From assembly GCA_002412555.1 (NCBI GenBank), contig DHVH01000309.1, positions 490 to 64,489 on the forward strand: 64,000 bases of DNA. The letters are read 5' to 3'. Made by a program: the position numbers and the translations under genes. Shown one piece after another: positions 59,653-64,000 of the stretch (its first letter is position 1; the number at the start of each line of letters is the position of its first letter). Origin of the DNA: Marinilabiliaceae bacterium UBA5213. Lineage in GTDB: Bacteria; Bacteroidota; Bacteroidia; Bacteroidales; Marinilabiliaceae. A model generated the notes under the pieces. It did not search any database and was not told where the DNA came from. It was given only the letters and a program-made list of their open reading frames with translations.

Positions 59653-61593
59653 TTACTTGTAATTACGCTGAACCAGCGGGACCTCTACGAAATCAAGCTT
59701 CTCTTCATGTTTCACGGGTTCCTTGTCATCCCCCTGGTATTCCCAGCATGAAACGTAAGCGTATTGCTCGTCATGGCGCAAAGCTTCCCCTTCAGGAGTC
59801 TGGTGTTCTTCACGGAAGTGACCACCGCACGACTCTTCACGGTCGTAGGCATCCAAGGCCATTAGCTCGCCAATTTCGATAAAGTCGGCCACACGGTTGG
59901 CCTTTTCAAGTTCAACGTTCATACCATCGTTGGATCCTGGGATGCGTACATTGCTCCAGAATTCTTTTTTGATGGCACGGATTTTTTCAATGGCGTTTTC
60001 TAAGCCTTCTTTGTTACGGCCCATGCCAACGAAATCCCACATGACCAAACCAAGTTCCTTGTGCAGACTGTCCACCGAACGCTGTCCATTGATCGAAAGC
60101 AGTTGGTTCAGGCGGTCCTGAGATTCTTTTTCAGCTTCAACAAATTCTGTTTCATCACCCGTCATACGCGGCGTACCAATGTCATCCGCCAAGTAGTTCT
60201 GAACGGTGTAAGGCAATACAAAATAGCCGTCGGCCAGTCCCTGCATCAAAGCAGAGGCACCCAGGCGATTGGCGCCATGGTCGGAGAAGTTGGCCTCTCC
60301 GGCACAGAACAATCCGGGAACGGATGTTTGCAGTTCATAATCTACCCAAATACCACCCATGGTATAGTGAATGGCGGGGTAAATCATCATGGGCGTATCG
60401 TAAGGATTGTCGTCCACAATTTTTTCATACATCTGGAAAAGGTTGCCGTAACGGGCGCGAATGGTAGCTTCACCCAAACGCTCAATCGATTCTTTGAAAT
60501 CAAGGTAAACGGCTAAGCCGGTGTTACCAACGCCATAGCCCGCATCGCAACGCTCTTTGGCGGCGCGTGAAGCCACGTCACGTGGCACCAGGTTACCAAA
60601 GGCAGGATATCTGCGCTCCAGGTAATAATCGCGATCCACTTCCGCAATTTGTGTCGGCCTCATTTTGCCGGCCCGAATGGCTTCTGCATCTTCTTTTTTC
60701 TTAGGTACCCAGATGCGGCCATCGTTACGCAAGGATTCTGACATCAAGGTCAGCTTGCTCTGAAACTCGCCATGTACCGGAATACAGGTGGGGTGAATCT
60801 GCGCAAAACAGGGATTGGCAAATAGGGCGCCTTTTTTATAGGCCTGCAAGGCCGCTGAGCCGTTGGAGCCCATGGCGTTGGTCGACAGGAAAAAGGTGTT
60901 GCCGTAACCACCGGTAGCCAAAACAACGGCGTGACCAAAATGGCGCTGGGTTTTTCCGGTGATCAAATCACGGGTGATGATACCGCGTGCTTTGCCATCC
61001 ACCATAACGATGTTAACCAATTCGTTACGGGTATATAAAGTCACAGTTTTTAATTCAACCTGACGCATCAGTGCCTGATAAGCGCCCAGTAGTAACTGTT
61101 GACCTGTTTGTCCCTTGGCATAGAAGGTACGGCTGACCTGTGCACCACCAAACGAGCGGTTGTCGAGCAAGCCGCCATATTCACGTGCAAAGGGCACACC
61201 TTGCGCCACGCACTGGTCGATGATGGAGTTACTGACCTCGGCCAAACGGTAAACGTTGGCTTCGCGGGCACGGTAGTCACCACCTTTAACGGTATCGTAG
61301 AACAAGCGGTAAACCGAGTCACCATCGTTGGGATAGTTCTTGGCCGCGTTGATACCACCCTGAGCAGCAATAGAGTGGGCACGACGGGGAGAATCCTGAA
61401 TGGTGAAGGCTTTTACGTTGAAGCCCATTTCGCCAAATGAAGCAGCCGCAGAGGCGCCTGCCAGACCGGTTCCAACTACAATGATGTCCAGTTTTCTTTT
61501 ATTCGAAGGGTTCACCAATTTCTGGTGAGCTTTATAATTTGTCCACTTTTCAGCCATAGGGCCTTGTGGAATCTTTGCATCTATTTTTACCAT
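59653..61593 (-). CDS. sdhA: Succinate dehydrogenase/fumarate reductase flavoprotein
   Basis: [30 protein letters not shown] and HGANRLG. Confidence 0.97.
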   Translation of the reverse strand: MVKIDAKIPQGPMAEKWTNYKAHQKLVNPSNKRKLDIIVVGTGLAGASAAASFGEMGFNVKAFTIQDSPRRAHSIAAQGGINAAKNYPNDGDSVYRLFYDTVKGGDYRAREANVYRLAEVSNSIIDQCVAQGVPFAREYGGLLDNRSFGGAQVSRTFYAKGQTGQQLLLGAYQALMRQVELKTVTLYTRNELVNIVMVDGKARGIITRDLITGKTQRHFGHAVVLATGGYGNTFFLSTNAMGSNGSAALQAYKKGALFANPCFAQIHPTCIPVHGEFQSKLTLMSESLRNDGRIWVPKKKEDAEAIRAGKMRPTQIAEVDRDYYLERRYPAFGNLVPRDVASRAAKERCDAGYGVGNTGLAVYLDFKESIERLGEATIRARYGNLFQMYEKIVDDNPYDTPMMIYPAIHYTMGGIWVDYELQTSVPGLFCAGEANFSDHGANRLGASALMQGLADGYFVLPYTVQNYLADDIGTPRMTGDETEFVEAEKESQDRLNQLLSINGQRSVDSLHKELGLVMWDFVGMGRNKEGLENAIEKIRAIKKEFWSNVRIPGSNDGMNVELEKANRVADFIEIGELMALDAYDREESCGGHFREEHQTPEGEALRHDEQYAYVSCWEYQGDDKEPVKHEEKLDFVEVPLVQRNYK

Positions 61594-61613
61594 AATCTCT
61601 GGTGATTAAAAAA

Positions 61614-62315
61614 TTAACCTTGATAGAATAAGTATTGCAACAGCGCGATGAGCGAGAAACCTAATCCCACTATCCAGGCATATAACTGTCCTACGGTATT
61701 GAGTCGTTTGCGCCATAGCTCGTTGCTGAAACCGATGGACTGCAAGGATGACCAGAAACCGTGCGACAGGTGAAGAGCCAGACCTATACCGGCTACCACA
61801 TAGACAATCATGATCCACAGGTAGCTAAAGGTCGCATTTACCAAGCGGTAGGCATTTTCTACTTCTGTGTCAACGCCACCAATGTTTACCAGGGTGTGCT
61901 CGAGCAATGGATCGCCGGTGACTTTCATTTTTACCCAAAAATGAGCAATGTGTAATACAAGGAAAGCCAGAATGGTGACACCCAAAATAAACATGTTTTT
62001 GGAAGCCCAGCTAACGCCGGTGGTTTTGTTGCCGGAGGCATACCTGCTGCTGCCGCGTGCTTTGCGGTTTTGAATGGTTAGCAGAATGCCCCATACAATG
62101 TGAATCAAAAATCCGACTCCCAATAAGGGTTCCATGATTTTGATGGCCGGATTGGTGGCCATGAAGTGGGCAGCTGCATTGAAGGTGTCACCACCATCTG
62201 GCACCAGTAAAAGCGAATTCACCGCGAGGTGAATTAGCAGAAACATCATCAGGAAAAGCCCTGATAACCCCATCAGCAACTTCTTCCCGATGGAAGAACA
62301 AAGTAAACTGCTCAT
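61614..62315 (-). CDS. sdhC: Succinate dehydrogenase/fumarate reductase cytochrome b subunit
   Basis: SSIGKK--M-LSG-FL, five TM helices, heme histidines and HL-HGFWS--Q-G. Confidence 0.94.
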   Translation of the reverse strand: MSSLLCSSIGKKLLMGLSGLFLMMFLLIHLAVNSLLLVPDGGDTFNAAAHFMATNPAIKIMEPLLGVGFLIHIVWGILLTIQNRKARGSSRYASGNKTTGVSWASKNMFILGVTILAFLVLHIAHFWVKMKVTGDPLLEHTLVNIGGVDTEVENAYRLVNATFSYLWIMIVYVVAGIGLALHLSHGFWSSLQSIGFSNELWRKRLNTVGQLYAWIVGLGFSLIALLQYLFYQG

Positions 62316-62740
62316 AAAGATTTTGTTTTAATTTATTATGTCTATTGTTTAATTCTTTTGTAATGCTCGCTTCAATGCCAATACTGGACCGCTTTTATTT
62401 TTTAATGGCTTGCGGTTAAACACCTTGCCTTTTTGTTGGATCTGCGCTGTTCCGCCTATTGCATGAGAGGGCTGTAAAGCCCCTGTTTTGCGGTGCAAAG
62501 GTAGTCGCTTGGCGCACTATTTAAAAATAATATAAAGAAAAAGTTCTTTATTTATATCAGGTCTAATTTGATGGCAGAATTACTGAAACATAAATTGGTA
62601 GGGGTTAACATATTTTAGGTTTAGAGGGTTGTTTTCAATAGAAAATCAAAAACAAGATAAAAAAGTCCGGTTTAAAAATAGGATTTTTTTTGGGGATTGG
62701 CAAAGTCAAAAAAATGTTTTGCAACACAAAAGACATGGAC

Positions 62741-63376
62741 TTACCAAACAACGTAGGACATGCCTAAAGTCCACAGTGTATTGTACTGCCCATAATTATT
62801 CCAGGTGGTTTCGCCGCTGGAGTGGGGACGGATGGGGGTGACGGAGTTGGAATAGCCCAGATTGAAAAAGAGGGTTTCACTTATAGGGTAGGAAAAGCCC
62901 AATAGCAAATTGAGCTCTGCCGGGTTAAAGGAGCTGGGATCAGATGGCAGGGTGTAGCCGCCTTCGTTTTCTTCGTGTTGGGTCAGAATTGAAACGGATA
63001 GCCCGCCATGCACCACGAGATTGGACAGGTAGCTGATGCTGGTGAAGCGCGACAAATCCTGAACGTAGAGTACTGGAACTTCAACATATTGCAGGGTAAA
63101 GCGGTAATCGTAATAGTTGTTGTGTTTGTTGGGTACAGAGCGACTGCCTTTTTGAATGTACATGACTTCCCCTTGGATATAAGCCTGCTGACCGATGGGT
63201 AAAAAGGTGAAAGCCGATGCATAAAAGCCCAGTTTGTTGGGGCCTGCCAGATTGTCGCCGGATACTTCAGAGGCTACCATGCCGCCTTTAAATCCACCCC
63301 CAAATTTTTGGGCGCAGAGTGTGGTGACAAAGAACCAAAAAATGCAAAAGATTAAGAAGCCGGAAATTGGACGCAT
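62741..63376 (-). CDS. Outer membrane beta-barrel (porin family/PorT-like)
   Basis: Signal peptide, S-V-GD---G-NK-G, E--Y-QKG, L-Y-EVP and a terminal aromatic residue. Confidence 0.75.
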   Translation of the reverse strand: MRPISGFLIFCIFWFFVTTLCAQKFGGGFKGGMVASEVSGDNLAGPNKLGFYASAFTFLPIGQQAYIQGEVMYIQKGSRSVPNKHNNYYDYRFTLQYVEVPVLYVQDLSRFTSISYLSNLVVHGGLSVSILTQHEENEGGYTLPSDPSSFNPAELNLLLGFSYPISETLFFNLGYSNSVTPIRPHSSGETTWNNYGQYNTLWTLGMSYVVW

Positions 63377-63460
63377 AATTATTTATCTAGTTTTATTGCA
63401 CTAAGATAATGTTTTTGAAGAGAACTGGAAAAACGGCCAAAGTGTAATCAACAGAATTGC

Positions 63461-64000
63461 TCAATAGGACATTTTTTCAAGACGGGATAGCTCTCGGATC
63501 CAGGCATCGTGAAAGCGGTTATTGCTTTTGAGGCTTTTTAAATAGGCCTCGGCCGCCGATTGGTCATCAAAGTAACCGATGACATAGCGAAGATAGCCGT
63601 CCTTTCCCCTGTAGGTTTTGATTTCGGCCGTGTCGAGCCCTGCTAAATAACGATCATTGGCAAGTGGACGCTTTTTTAGTGCCAATATTTGTATGGTGTA
63701 GGGTTTTGCGGGGGCGACTTTTTCGGGGACGGTCAAAGCAGGTTTGTTTGAAGAGGCTGACTCTTCGGGGACTTCCGGAATAACAGTCACAAGAGCCTCA
63801 GGCTCTTGTGATTGCCGTGGAATCATAGGCGAAAACATTTTAACATCTTCGACCATCAGTATTTCATTCTTATGCTTCACGGCCATTTCTCTGGAAATGT
63901 GCAGGGTGTCAATGTCTCTGGCTACCTCTGGTGTGGCTTCCTGTATTCTGTAAGTTTCGTCGGCATCTAATACAAGCAGGTAATTACCGGTATGGGGGTT
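63461..64000 (-). CDS. SPOR-like domain protein, 5' partial
   Basis: Frame is open to the window end (NPHTGNYLLVL...). C-terminal YTIQILAL...RY-IG-F-----A...F-DAWIR. Confidence 0.65.
   Translation of the reverse strand, partial: NPHTGNYLLVLDADETYRIQEATPEVARDIDTLHISREMAVKHKNEILMVEDVKMFSPMIPRQSQEPEALVTVIPEVPEESASSNKPALTVPEKVAPAKPYTIQILALKKRPLANDRYLAGLDTAEIKTYRGKDGYLRYVIGYFDDQSAAEAYLKSLKSNNRFHDAWIRELSRLEKMSY

Noticed and set aside
1..64000. CRISPR array, IS element, prophage or rRNA
   Set aside because: No repeat-spacer array, transposase, integrase, phage structural gene or rRNA-like segment was seen.

Overview
Bacterial chromosomal window, almost certainly Bacteroidota (TTTG-N19/20-TAnnTTTG promoters, T9SS C-terminal sorting domains, Bacteroidota-type sdhCAB); a Marinilabiliales-like organism is my inference. 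1-24.5 kb is mostly housekeeping and envelope genes: dgt, RluA, AbgT, a MacAB-TolC-like export operon with a sigma54-type promoter, tsaB, larE, frr, efp, a secreted endonuclease I, a PP2C phosphatase and a hybrid kinase. 24.7-40.7 kb is a T9SS-secreted beta-1,3-glucan cluster (GH128, GH81, GH3 and two non-catalytic CBM proteins) with no SusC/D in the window. It is driven by a divergent propeller/YYY/LuxR-HTH regulator, and a shared candidate operator is visible at both promoters. 40.7-45.5 kb is an AT-rich three-gene phosphorelay whose sensor carries a plant ETR1-type ethylene-binding domain with all seven key residues, next to tRNA-Leu(CAA). After recO, a PLP-lysine-less aminotransferase and tRNA-Arg(CCT) lies a defence island: DUF6979, a type I RM system interrupted by a DUF3800 + BECR-like nuclease pair with a predicted convergent small RNA, a HEPN protein and a truncated type III Mod. 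The window ends with sdhCAB, an OM beta-barrel and a partial SPOR protein. All family calls come from motif recognition by eye; no searches were run.
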